IMG/VR virus record: IMGVR_UViG_3300009154_000207
Coordinates: 1-28,959 of that record
Reading direction: 5' to 3' (one strand)
DNA from: a virus
Lineage: Duplodnaviria > Caudoviricetes
DNA: 28,959 nucleotides
Part shown: positions 18,701-27,478 of the stretch, in pieces
Position numbering within the stretch: the first letter of the stretch is position 1
Layout of the letters: every line of letters starts with the position of its first letter
Position numbers and translations under genes: made by a program
The notes under the pieces: model-generated
Seen by the model: only the letters and a program-made list of their open reading frames with translations
What the model was told of the DNA's origin: nothing
Databases searched by the model: none

Positions 18701-20252
18701 TTATAGTACCTGATAGCGGTACTATAACTGATAGCGGTACAAAATTTGTTTGAACCCAATTTTGTGTAGCGCCTCCGCCTGATAGCGGTACAAAATTTGT
18801 TTGAACCCAATTTTGTGTAGCGCCTCCGTTAGTGGCGCCTAATACAGCATTATCAACATATGCTTTATTAGCTAATTCAAAATTATTTTGAGGAACATTA
18901 TTTGCGTATAGTCGATTGGTGTTTGCAGAAACATTACCCGTCAATGTACCGCCTGATAGTGGTAGGAATTTACTATCAACGTATTGCTTGCTTACTGCTG
19001 CAGGGACACTAGCGATAGCTGTATCGACATATAGTTTACTTGTTAATTCAGAATTGTTAATAGGTGTTAGATTTGAAGTATATATACTCTGTGCATTTAC
19101 ATTACCCGTCAATGTACCGCCTGATAGTGGTAGGAATTTACTATCAACGTATTGCTTGCTTACTGCTGCAGGGACATTAGCGATAGCTGTATCGACATAT
19201 AGTTTACTTGTTAATTCAGAATTGTCAATAGGTGTTAGATTTGAAGTATATATACTCTGTGCATTTACATTACCTATTAATGTACCACCAGATAGAGGTA
19301 AAAACTTACTATCAACATACTGCTTATTGACACCAGATGAAAGATTGGTAAATCTTGTATCCACATAAAGTTTATTTGTTAATTCAGAATTACCTGTAGG
19401 TATACCGTTAGCAAAAAATTTATTATTACCTGCAGATATATTACCTGTAATGGTAGCATTACCAGAAAGTGGAACGAAATATGTTTGAACCCAATTTTGT
19501 GTAGCGCCTCCGTTAGTGGCATTTGCAACTACACTATCAACATATTGCTTATTTGTTAATTCAGAGCTCGTAATAGGGGCATTGGTTGCGTAAATTCTAT
19601 TGGTATTTGCAGAAACATTACCCGTCAACGTACCACCAGAAATAGGTAAAAACTTACTATCAACGTATTGCTTATTTGTCACATGAGTACTGTTAACCGG
19701 TGCGTTAGACGACGTAATATTACCGTTAACTGTTGTATCACCATCAATAATAGCGGTACCGCTTACGTGTAGCTTAGCTTGTGGATTTGTTATACCGATA
19801 CCAAAATTTCCATTAAGTGGATTTGAGGGTGTATTAATTAAAGTGAGATATTGACTGTTAAACTCTAAAGCTCCTGTAGCTATACTAAAACTACTACCAA
19901 TTTGTAGGTTAACAGCAACCCAACCCTCTTTGTTTGTATATACAAAGAGACCATTAATTATCTTACCACTACCATCTTTACGCTGATACACCATATCCCC
20001 TTGAACAATACCTGATATACTACCAGTGGAAGCAGCATCAGATAAATTTTTACCATCGATAATACCAAAATTTATATTACCTACACGTACCCCCCCTTTT
20101 GTTATACCATCTCCAACGAAAACACGGTTAGTATCTGTGGTGAGACCGAGCTCACCCTGTGATAATGTAATATTTTGCCTATCTCCGTCTAATCCTCGAC
20201 GAATAATTAACTTTATTACTGTATCAGATGTAATGAGAAGAGGATTAGGCAT
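15774..20252 (-). CDS. Long tail fibre / receptor-binding protein (1492 aa): Mtd-N/hyaluronidase-like anchor, fibre repeats, C-terminal beta-propeller
   Basis: N-terminal IIRRG..ITLSQGELGLTTDTNRVFVGDG. Many (N/S)KxYVD and FLPLSGGTLTG fibre repeats. GIGITNPQAKLHVSG. Blades LYVGGDF, LCIGGEF, LYVGGSM, LFAGG, LYTGGRF, VYVSGKF. Confidence 0.85.
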   Translation of the reverse strand: MPNPLLITSDTVIKLIIRRGLDGDRQNITLSQGELGLTTDTNRVFVGDGITKGGVRVGNINFGIIDGKNLSDAASTGSISGIVQGDMVYQRKDGSGKIINGLFVYTNKEGWVAVNLQIGSSFSIATGALEFNSQYLTLINTPSNPLNGNFGIGITNPQAKLHVSGTAIIDGDTTVNGNITSSNAPVNSTHVTNKQYVDSKFLPISGGTLTGNVSANTNRIYATNAPITSSELTNKQYVDSVVANATNGGATQNWVQTYFVPLSGNATITGNISAGNNKFFANGIPTGNSELTNKLYVDTRFTNLSSGVNKQYVDSKFLPLSGGTLIGNVNAQSIYTSNLTPIDNSELTSKLYVDTAIANVPAAVSKQYVDSKFLPLSGGTLTGNVNAQSIYTSNLTPINNSELTSKLYVDTAIASVPAAVSKQYVDSKFLPLSGGTLTGNVSANTNRLYANNVPQNNFELANKAYVDNAVLGATNGGATQNWVQTNFVPLSGGGATQNWVQTNFVPLSVIVPLSGTITGLLTANNWVQTNFVPLSGNATITGPLTANINTATPAVHIIQRGTGDALRVDDVLNDNTPFVINANGDVGIGGVADSTGLNKLNVYGTLSAQRAKSSFVPISGDDLINLAFFTQLTTPIKFLFDNTNGVDGAANEFLLQGYTNLATDPNNYRVDITGVIQEPGKDYTINPYNIPYKITFTTPPPAGSKVVILAYVPITRDAANVILNPYSVYANPGASTATGTSVALGANQVLGNKNGTTVAGVTLSANTILGNSGSGLTSLILGTNQAIVNNNGNIQSVTVGTSSSFIGNAGFGLSAISLTTGDNLVLQSDGYNLNLDVSPSLILEPGTGITLTVDQQTGGTIISNTNSLKFVDYTQLRPSGSTKTAVYPTADGTLINMYSLPSTNIAQTNKPAVSFETISDTGYTPSVTLYWTVTSLSQSPVTVFATNSSGKTGSYSPITPNRAIYSQYLDANGSILYVGGDFSKIGSTVRNKFAVIDLKGGAYPSSNRGLGTLGALSSVPGTSTGTYILNTNGFNNTVWAIQQFVYGSKTYLCIGGEFTHPTYGSGLTIIDMSNLNGTNNYYPFFFSERNETVRDLLSAGKYLYVGGSMTSGKQGTGGTSYSMKDLTRIDMSALDSGNAIDTTFTTNVNNSITYGGGRYRIYTLDYYNNVLFAGGRHLVGATKTTRTRQYATAHRTDTSPGTLTDWQPIFDDYVYKVKVDSAPDQLILYTGGRFNYFKVAGAGTPTRKSTLAAFNLSISTQSPPLVTTWDLDVRGGGRYVSDIEMHNSVTPGLSAVYVSGKFRTINNKQVYNLAALSKANSVGQDNVLSEWLPRVNTNFTSNNQLLRIPYTNPLSGVLIADAFTNVNGNIRYNLARIAGFAESPAINALSGVNFEIAGTVLGDGGTMEIDTTLTVSVSDVITSPDIVNTTLFPSLSDLFQGISRGNLCRFFIQRPGATDVYNNNIDSFKNNVLLLGVKVDHDPLIVDTLSGA
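18728..18828. repeat. Tandem duplication with 51-bp period (GGATQNWVQTNFVPLSG) within fibre gene
   Basis: ctgatagcggtacaaaatttgtttgaacccaattttgtgtagcgcctccg at 18728 and again at 18779. Partial copies at ~18647-18680 and ~19484-19520. Confidence 0.9.
18931..19274. repeat. Near-perfect 168-bp (56 aa) tandem duplication within fibre gene
   Basis: acattacccgtcaatgtaccgcctgatag... starts at 18931 and 19099. Only two mismatches seen between the copies (acact/acatt, ttaa/tcaa). Confidence 0.92.
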
Positions 20253-20664
20253 ATGTATATATTATTTTTGATGTTGGTTCTACAATCATCCATGAAACAA
20301 TACTACGATCATTAATATTTGTAGAAGAAATTGTAAAACTATTGGTTGAAGTGTTTATACCGTTTAAAACAAAAGGTACACCTGGTGCACCCATAGCATC
20401 ATGTATAGATACAAAAACTAAAGCTGTTTTTGTAAGAGCTGCAGGCAGTGTTAATGTGACAAGTGCTGAAGCACCAACAGTCAATGCAGCAGAACCTGCA
20501 AATGTATAGGACACAGGAATACCACCGGGTGTAATACTGTCACCTATAAAAACCCGTCCTGTATCTGTAGTGTATCCGAGCTCACCCTCATCTAGTGTAA
20601 TTAATTTACGCTGATTATCTGTACCTCTACGAACTTTTAATTTAATTACTGATACTGTAGCCAT
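20245..20664 (-). CDS. Short fibre-like protein with Mtd-N-like anchor domain (139 aa)
   Basis: IKLKVRRGTDNQRKLITLDEGELGYTTDTGRVFIGDSITPGG closely matches the N-terminus of the adjacent 1492-aa protein. Confidence 0.75.
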   Translation of the reverse strand: MATVSVIKLKVRRGTDNQRKLITLDEGELGYTTDTGRVFIGDSITPGGIPVSYTFAGSAALTVGASALVTLTLPAALTKTALVFVSIHDAMGAPGVPFVLNGINTSTNSFTISSTNINDRSIVSWMIVEPTSKIIYTYA

Positions 20665-20670
20665 CGAAAT

Positions 20671-20676
20671 TATTTA
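20671..20676 (-). promoter_or_regulatory. Late-promoter-like box TAAATA
   Basis: 6 nt upstream of ATG 20664. Abutted by the palindrome TGTTTAAACA (20677-20686). Confidence 0.6.
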
Positions 20677-20697
20677 TGTTTAAACACCGAATATCAA

Positions 20698-22326
20698 TCA
20701 TCCTAATGTTATAATATATGAAGGATCAAGGTAGTTTTGTACTTCTGTGTTTAATATTTTTAAGAGATTTTTTTGTATATTAAAAATTTTTTCAAATGGT
20801 CTATTAATGATATTGTTTTGCAAAATTTCATTCATACCTATATAATTTGATATATCCTGTTGAAATTGTACTATATTAAGCTCATCTGGTAAAAGATATC
20901 TACTACCGCTTAAAAATATACTACCGGTCCCTGCATCTTTTTTAAATAAAAATTTACTAGTAATATTATCACGAAGACGCATATGATTGATTAAAAGTTT
21001 AGAAATTGCTTTATTGAATACCCAGTTTTGAAGATATTCTTCAGGGTGTATATTGATTTCATCACGCGAGTATACATCAATGCTATCATCAGTTAATATA
21101 CTCAAAACATTTAAATTATCTTGATAAACAGAAAGCTTACCCATGCCGTTATTATTACTAAAAATAAAATTTAAATCGTTTGGTTGTCCGTTAATATTTG
21201 CAGAAATTGTAGCAAAAGCAGTTATAGTTTCATCTGTATCAACATTAAAGCGATTAAAGAGATAAAACCCAACCGTATCTTCCGGATAATTAACAAGTTT
21301 TTTATAAACGTTTTTATTGGTTATTATATAAAATACATTTGAATCAGATAATGAAAAAGACAATCTCTTAATTGTTTCACCTGTTTTTGCTAAATTTGAA
21401 ATATCAATAACTTGCTTAGTAGTAAATTCATCATCGTATTTATAAATGAAACCAGACAACGTGAGCAAATATATACTACCATAATTATCAGCAGTTAGTT
21501 GTACAGGGTATGATGATAATAAATCTCTAAAAAGCTGATAATTGCTAACCCAGTTTAAATTTTTGTCATATTTTTTAACTGTACTATTACCAGAATCTAA
21601 AACATAAATTTCAGATTTATGATAAAGAATACTAGAAGGAGCATTAAATTTTAATTTTTCGTTGTAGGTACCAAATCCACCTATACTATTTTGATAGAGA
21701 AGCGTATTTTGTAAGACATTATCGTTAATTAAAAACCCTGATGCATCGTATTTTGTTACACTATTAGCGCTCACGTCTAAAACATATAGTGTATTATTTT
21801 CACCAAAAGCAAAATCGCTTACCCCCTGCCAATGTACTCCTGAATTATCAAAAGTAAAATTCGAACTCAATGCAGTTACTATATTGGTAAAGGTATTGTT
21901 ACTATTAAACACCTGTATATTAGGACCATTAGATAAAAATATAGAATAACTGCTTAATGCATTGTTATAAACAACAGAAAGAGTATTAGCTGTATCCAAT
22001 TGGTATATACCTGCGCCAGTTAATTTTCTATACCGACTTGTTTTTAAATTGCTGTACCAGTTTATATTTGTACCATTTATACCCGAGACACCCGCAGTAG
22101 CTATAGCTGCATATGGTATTATATTAGATGCTATGTGAGCTGATTTATATAGATAAAGAAAATTACTATAGAGTTTTGTTATAACATTATTAATATTAAA
22201 ATTTGTAACGGTATCATTTTGTTTTATTTTAATAAATTCAAAATCTGAATAAGGTAAATTAAGTGGTAGATCTAGATATCTATCATAGATAATTCCTTCT
22301 TGTGTTATTATTTCTTGAATATTCAT
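20698..22326 (-). CDS. NHL-like beta-propeller structural protein (542 aa)
   Basis: LYVLDVSANSVTKYD, FNAPSSILYHKSEIYVLDSGNSTVKKYD and LTADNYGSIYLL are NHL-type blades. Located in the tail module. Confidence 0.7.
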   Translation of the reverse strand: MNIQEIITQEGIIYDRYLDLPLNLPYSDFEFIKIKQNDTVTNFNINNVITKLYSNFLYLYKSAHIASNIIPYAAIATAGVSGINGTNINWYSNLKTSRYRKLTGAGIYQLDTANTLSVVYNNALSSYSIFLSNGPNIQVFNSNNTFTNIVTALSSNFTFDNSGVHWQGVSDFAFGENNTLYVLDVSANSVTKYDASGFLINDNVLQNTLLYQNSIGGFGTYNEKLKFNAPSSILYHKSEIYVLDSGNSTVKKYDKNLNWVSNYQLFRDLLSSYPVQLTADNYGSIYLLTLSGFIYKYDDEFTTKQVIDISNLAKTGETIKRLSFSLSDSNVFYIITNKNVYKKLVNYPEDTVGFYLFNRFNVDTDETITAFATISANINGQPNDLNFIFSNNNGMGKLSVYQDNLNVLSILTDDSIDVYSRDEINIHPEEYLQNWVFNKAISKLLINHMRLRDNITSKFLFKKDAGTGSIFLSGSRYLLPDELNIVQFQQDISNYIGMNEILQNNIINRPFEKIFNIQKNLLKILNTEVQNYLDPSYIITLG

Positions 22327-22327
22327 C

Positions 22328-25300
22328 TTAATTAATCCATTTAATAGTATTTAATTTTGAATAAATTGGTGCTGAGGCATTAACAGTAGTAATAATTCTT
22401 TGCTCTAGAGCCAACTTTAAATTAGGATCAGTAATACCTGTATTACGTATTACAACATTAAAGAGGGTTGATTTAATACCAGGTATATTTGCTTTAAAAT
22501 ATCTTTCTATCTCTTCTGTATAATTTCTTTTACCACAAGGTAGATTAAGATGTATATCCTGTATATCTCTATCTTTACGACCATGCATAATAATATCGTA
22601 ATCATTAAGTGGTCTATCGTAGAGATAAAAATTTTTTATTTTTGTATTCTCTACAAGATATCTATCTTTTTGCAGGTATTGATAAAGCGGAATAGAATTA
22701 TTATAACAAGATGTTCCAATAAGAAAAGGACGATAAATTAAATTACTAAATTTATATTTTCTTGGTGTAAACTGTACTTCATTTATTAACTGCCCGTTAA
22801 CAAAAAAGGACATATAACCATGATAACTGTCAAATCTTACACCGAAATGATGATACCCTGGATCTAAAGCTGAAAGATTAAAAACAATTTCATTTGTTTG
22901 TGTATCTGATGTGTTATAGACATTTGTTATGACGGATTTTATATTTAAATTAGCTTCTGGATATTTGTCTTGAACATATTCTCTCAAATAATCACAATTA
23001 ACGGTAGGTAATAGTCTTCCGCTTACAGAAGAGTAGATGAAACTTGAAACCGGTATACCTGTTGTATCATAAACAGCAAATTGATAATCATTAAATGAGG
23101 TTAAGTTATTTGTAGAAGAGATAATCTGCTCTCCTGTTGTCGGAGTATAACCTTTATTAGATCTATAAAAAATTGCTCTTTTATTATAGTCACTATTGAC
23201 AAATTCAGAAGTAAAGTCAATACCATAATTATTAAACGTATCAATATTTTTTTGAGTTTGTATGGCATACAATATACCACTTAGTGGTGGTATCGTAAAA
23301 ATTATATTATTGTTGCTTATATTATAATCAAAAATCGGCGTAAGTCTAGCATTAGATATTTTGTTTGTAACAACATAGTCGTATGGATTTTGTGTACTGC
23401 TATTGGTTAGATAAAATGTTGTTTGTGTACCATTACCTGTAACGGTAACAGATGTAGTGATAAGAGTATTGGAGGTTAATGTACCAGAGAGTATAAACTC
23501 CCGTTCAGCTGAATACTTATAGAATGTATTACCATCTAGAACTACCCATAAATAACCTTCAAAATCAATGTTGAAGTCTTGAATATATCTACCAGATGTA
23601 GACTTAAATGTTGTTAGAATAGTACTTACGGTTGTAGGATTGCTATCGTTATAAAAATTAATGTTTGTCCACGTAACAAGCGATGTATTATTATCAGTAA
23701 GATAATAAAGATTATTATTCTTTCTTCTTGTTACAGTACCTGGGGTAAAATAGAGTTTACCCTGGTAATAGTCTACAGTTTTGGCAGTATTTAGTGCATC
23801 ATTACCGGCACCTGGTGCGTAAACAGTATCTACTGTTGAAAGAATGTTAGTTATGACAGTGTTATTTGCTAGATTGAGTGAGAGTACATTATTTCCTGCT
23901 CCACGCTTATAGAGAATATAGGCAGTAGTTTCAGAATAATTGAAAGAAATAAAATTTGACAGATAGGAACAATATGTTTGATTTAACAATACACCACTAC
24001 GTGAGTATTGTCGAGAGTACCCGTCATTAAAAATAACTGAATAATTTTCCGTATATTGTGGTCTGATAATTGCTGTTGCAGTTGCAGGGTATATAATGGA
24101 ATTTAATTTTACGAAATCTGTATTTAAAATATCTACACCTGCTAGCGTATTAACAAACAAATAAGGTGTAATTATATTCTCATTAAAAATACCAAAACCA
24201 TCATTATTATAATTACCGATTATCTGATTACCGAAAGGTTTAGACCAATCATTATTGTACATATCAAATAACAATGTAAATTGACCAGAATCTTGAATTG
24301 AAGAGAGTGATGAAGTAATTGCATATCTGTTACCATCAAAAATATACTCTCTGTTATCTTTATATGTTTGATAAACGCTAGAATTATTGTTATAATAATA
24401 GTTTAAAAAGTCTTTTTCAACAAGCATACTGGTAAGCGAACCAATATAACTCTTAACATTATTTTGACCGTAGTGGTGATAGGCGTAATATGTACCGGGT
24501 TCAAAAACAAGCTCTGATGGCTTATCAAAAACAATATCTACTGTAGGGTCTATATTAAGATTATCTATTATACCCTTAAAGGCTGTGGTATATGTAATAG
24601 CCTTATAGGGTGCAGAAGAAAGTGCTGCAAAAAATGAAATTTTTGAAGGTTGGTAATAGCGATCAACCCAGATAGGAAGTGCATTAACATCTGTATTACC
24701 TGATAACCAACTACATAAAAATGTTCCTGTAGCTTCTTCACTAACTGAACCAAAAGGTGAAGTTGCAGGTGCATTTACAAGCTTTTTAAAAATTTTATCC
24801 GACTTTATAGGATGATCACCAGCAATTGCTCCTGCTTGTATGAGACCGGAATCATTAATATTAATTTTTACATACGGATAGAGATTATATGGTACATGAA
24901 AATAGGAAATTTGATCACTTTTTAGTACAATATCTGTTGTATATGACTCGTAACCAAGTGTAATATTATCGTTACCTAATTTTTGATTTGATCCTGTAAA
25001 TAATTTTTTATAGTCACGAAATTCAACTTCATTTTCTTGATAATATAATGACTTGCTAGCTTGAAACGGATTATTACGTGATTGATAATTTTCAGGTGTA
25101 TTAGTAGTTTTAAGAGAAAGTGCATTAAAATTAATACTATCACTCGTCAGTGTGGTGTATTGACTATTTAAAATTAAATTCGAATTAATTTGGTTGTATG
25201 ATCGATTTTTATCGATATCTTGTGTATTGGTTTTAAAGTTCTTTGTATAACCGACCCATGGATCAAGGAGAATGGTGTCGTTAGGTGTCTCAGATCGCGG

Positions 25301-26017
25301 TATACACTTAAATACAGCTTCCGTAGGATAAGGTTCAGATGCACCAACAGAAATAGGTGCAAATGTTAAATTTGCATTTAATGGACTCGAGGGACTATAA
25401 GCAATATAATTTAGTATATCATTAAAACTCTTAAATAAGACGATGTAGTCGTTTAATGCATCGTATTCATAATAAAAAAGCTGAGGAGAGCGATCTAATA
25501 AATAATCGGTATCGAGTTTAGGGCTAAAATATAAATTACCTGCACTATCTGCTGTAAGATATCTTGTATCATAGATACTTACGTGTTCGACATAGCATAG
25601 TTGACTATTAAAAAATTTAATAGTGAACATGTATCTATTATCTATCTGTTCGTACATACCAGAAAAGGATATCTGCGCAGTAGAAATTAAAGATGATGGT
25701 TCTTGTGTGACTAGAAATTTTGTAATTTCAGTTATACCATTTTGTGCATAAGCTGCAAGATATGTTGTTATATCACCGGTCTGCGGCTTGAGATTATTAA
25801 TATTAAGAATAGAAGATAGCTGGGTATTTTGTGTGAGAAATAAATTAGAATAGTTATTTATAGTACTATCTTGTGGTATCTCTAGAGCTCGAGACCAAGG
25901 CAAGGTAATACCATGCTCTGTATAGTAAGAGCCCTGAATAAAATCAGTAACCTTATCATAGCCATAATTAGCTGTTAGACCGATAAAGTTGTTAGAGCTA
26001 AGAGACACTATATCCAT
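22328..26017 (-). CDS. Large virion protein with LamG/concanavalin-A-like and beta-propeller elements (1229 aa)
   Basis: GYHHFGVRFDSYHGYMSFFVNGQL..PFLIG..IKNFYLYDRPL (LamG C-half), YIFDG..FTLLFDM (LamG N-half) and FNIDFEGYLWVV blade. TAAGTA box upstream. Confidence 0.65.
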   Translation of the reverse strand: MDIVSLSSNNFIGLTANYGYDKVTDFIQGSYYTEHGITLPWSRALEIPQDSTINNYSNLFLTQNTQLSSILNINNLKPQTGDITTYLAAYAQNGITEITKFLVTQEPSSLISTAQISFSGMYEQIDNRYMFTIKFFNSQLCYVEHVSIYDTRYLTADSAGNLYFSPKLDTDYLLDRSPQLFYYEYDALNDYIVLFKSFNDILNYIAYSPSSPLNANLTFAPISVGASEPYPTEAVFKCIPRSETPNDTILLDPWVGYTKNFKTNTQDIDKNRSYNQINSNLILNSQYTTLTSDSINFNALSLKTTNTPENYQSRNNPFQASKSLYYQENEVEFRDYKKLFTGSNQKLGNDNITLGYESYTTDIVLKSDQISYFHVPYNLYPYVKININDSGLIQAGAIAGDHPIKSDKIFKKLVNAPATSPFGSVSEEATGTFLCSWLSGNTDVNALPIWVDRYYQPSKISFFAALSSAPYKAITYTTAFKGIIDNLNIDPTVDIVFDKPSELVFEPGTYYAYHHYGQNNVKSYIGSLTSMLVEKDFLNYYYNNNSSVYQTYKDNREYIFDGNRYAITSSLSSIQDSGQFTLLFDMYNNDWSKPFGNQIIGNYNNDGFGIFNENIITPYLFVNTLAGVDILNTDFVKLNSIIYPATATAIIRPQYTENYSVIFNDGYSRQYSRSGVLLNQTYCSYLSNFISFNYSETTAYILYKRGAGNNVLSLNLANNTVITNILSTVDTVYAPGAGNDALNTAKTVDYYQGKLYFTPGTVTRRKNNNLYYLTDNNTSLVTWTNINFYNDSNPTTVSTILTTFKSTSGRYIQDFNIDFEGYLWVVLDGNTFYKYSAEREFILSGTLTSNTLITTSVTVTGNGTQTTFYLTNSSTQNPYDYVVTNKISNARLTPIFDYNISNNNIIFTIPPLSGILYAIQTQKNIDTFNNYGIDFTSEFVNSDYNKRAIFYRSNKGYTPTTGEQIISSTNNLTSFNDYQFAVYDTTGIPVSSFIYSSVSGRLLPTVNCDYLREYVQDKYPEANLNIKSVITNVYNTSDTQTNEIVFNLSALDPGYHHFGVRFDSYHGYMSFFVNGQLINEVQFTPRKYKFSNLIYRPFLIGTSCYNNSIPLYQYLQKDRYLVENTKIKNFYLYDRPLNDYDIIMHGRKDRDIQDIHLNLPCGKRNYTEEIERYFKANIPGIKSTLFNVVIRNTGITDPNLKLALEQRIITTVNASAPIYSKLNTIKWIN

Positions 26018-26026
26018 TTTTATTAA

Positions 26027-26032
26027 TACTTA
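26027..26032 (-). promoter_or_regulatory. Late-promoter-like box TAAGTA
   Basis: 9 nt upstream of ATG 26017. Confidence 0.5.
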
Positions 26033-26037
26033 AGTTA

Positions 26038-27441
26038 TTAATTTACCTTCAACGATAAATTCCATTTTTTAACAAGATATTGTTGAAGAATAATAAGCAT
26101 CTCTTGTGAAAGCGGTATATTAAATATAAGCATTTCAGAAATTTCTGTACCAATAAGTGGCTGTGAATTATTATCTTGTGGGTTATAACCAATAAAGATT
26201 GGACTATTATTTGTTGTGTATGTGTATCCTTGGTTTTTACGTTGAAGTATAGTATTGTCAAATGTTGAATAGAGATTACCGTTAGTATTGCCACCTGATA
26301 ATGTAACAGTAAGCAGATTATAATTAACTAAATTTTCGGAAATATTATTAAGGTTTGTTATACCGTTACCTTGTTTTATGTTAATACCATAAGGAGCAGA
26401 TAAACTTATATTGAGGTTATTACCTTTAGCAAGAATAGAGCCATTGATGGAATTCGGTTTAAGCACCATTAAGAATGTATAACCGTCAATAATAGAATTA
26501 AGTGACTGTGATGAATTAGCGGAAAGAGATATATTATTTGTTATATTAATATTTTTTCTCAATGAAAGAGCTTGTCTAGGATATAAGAATGTTGGTTGCA
26601 CATCACCGGAATAGAAATCATTGTTGAATCCGCTTTTATCCTTCCATCTATATACATTATTATTACTGTCTTTATAAATTGTTAGTGCATCAGATGCATC
26701 TAACCAAACAACTAGACCGTCTATTGATGTCGGATCAATGAGAGGAGGTGTATTGATTAAAGCATCTACAGTACTGAGTGACCGTGTTACTGTAAGATAA
26801 TTTGGTGATTTAACTTCAAAAGTATTCTGAATATCGAAAGTATTAGCATGTTGTACATTATCTAATAAATGAATATCACCTAGATCATAAATTGATATAG
26901 GCGAGGAAGTAATAGCTATATTAAAAGTATTTCTAACTAAACTACCGTTAAAGACAGTGACAGTTGGATTATAATATGTGGGTATATTACCATCTTTAGG
27001 GTAATAATCATGTGTCACCGGAATTAATGTTGGGCTACCGGTAGAAAGTGATGAATAAAGCGCGTTATCTACGGGTACATTTGGTACAATATTACGATTT
27101 ACAGTCTGTAATGTACCGTCACCGAAATCATACACAATTTTTAGAATAGGAAACTGACTAAAATCAAGACCTGATGGATCAAATGTAATTCTATAAGGTC
27201 CTTTTAGTGGCCCTACTTGAATATCTGTAGTAAAATTTTGCACCACATACTTCCACGGTATAAAGTTACCATCATAAGCTGTTACTGTAGGAGATGAGGT
27301 ATAACTAAAAGCATCCCCGTTGGCTGTTGTAGGATAATACACATTATAACCTGAAACCAAATCATAAAATGTCCAATGATCTATTACACCTGGACCCTCA
27401 GATGCTTGATTACTAGTAAGATATACGGTATAACTGCGCAC
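26038..27441 (-). CDS. Virion protein with PKD-like domain and C-terminal LamG-like domain (467 aa, GTG start)
   Basis: YDFGDG..THDYYP..PTVTV (PKD-like). PTSIDGLVVWLDASD..VYRWKDKSG..ISEMLIFNIPLS..QYLVKKW (phage lectin/LamG-like). A TAAATA box 5 nt upstream supports the GTG start. Confidence 0.75.
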   Translation of the reverse strand: MRSYTVYLTSNQASEGPGVIDHWTFYDLVSGYNVYYPTTANGDAFSYTSSPTVTAYDGNFIPWKYVVQNFTTDIQVGPLKGPYRITFDPSGLDFSQFPILKIVYDFGDGTLQTVNRNIVPNVPVDNALYSSLSTGSPTLIPVTHDYYPKDGNIPTYYNPTVTVFNGSLVRNTFNIAITSSPISIYDLGDIHLLDNVQHANTFDIQNTFEVKSPNYLTVTRSLSTVDALINTPPLIDPTSIDGLVVWLDASDALTIYKDSNNNVYRWKDKSGFNNDFYSGDVQPTFLYPRQALSLRKNINITNNISLSANSSQSLNSIIDGYTFLMVLKPNSINGSILAKGNNLNISLSAPYGINIKQGNGITNLNNISENLVNYNLLTVTLSGGNTNGNLYSTFDNTILQRKNQGYTYTTNNSPIFIGYNPQDNNSQPLIGTEISEMLIFNIPLSQEMLIILQQYLVKKWNLSLKVN

Positions 27442-27446
27442 GTATA

Positions 27447-27452
27447 TATTTA
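27447..27452 (-). promoter_or_regulatory. Late-promoter-like box TAAATA
   Basis: 5 nt upstream of GTG 27441. TAAATATATAC context is identical to that at 13900-13910. A second box, TAAGTA, lies at 27454-27459. Confidence 0.6.
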
Positions 27453-27478
27453 ATACTTACTATAAAAAGACAACCTAA

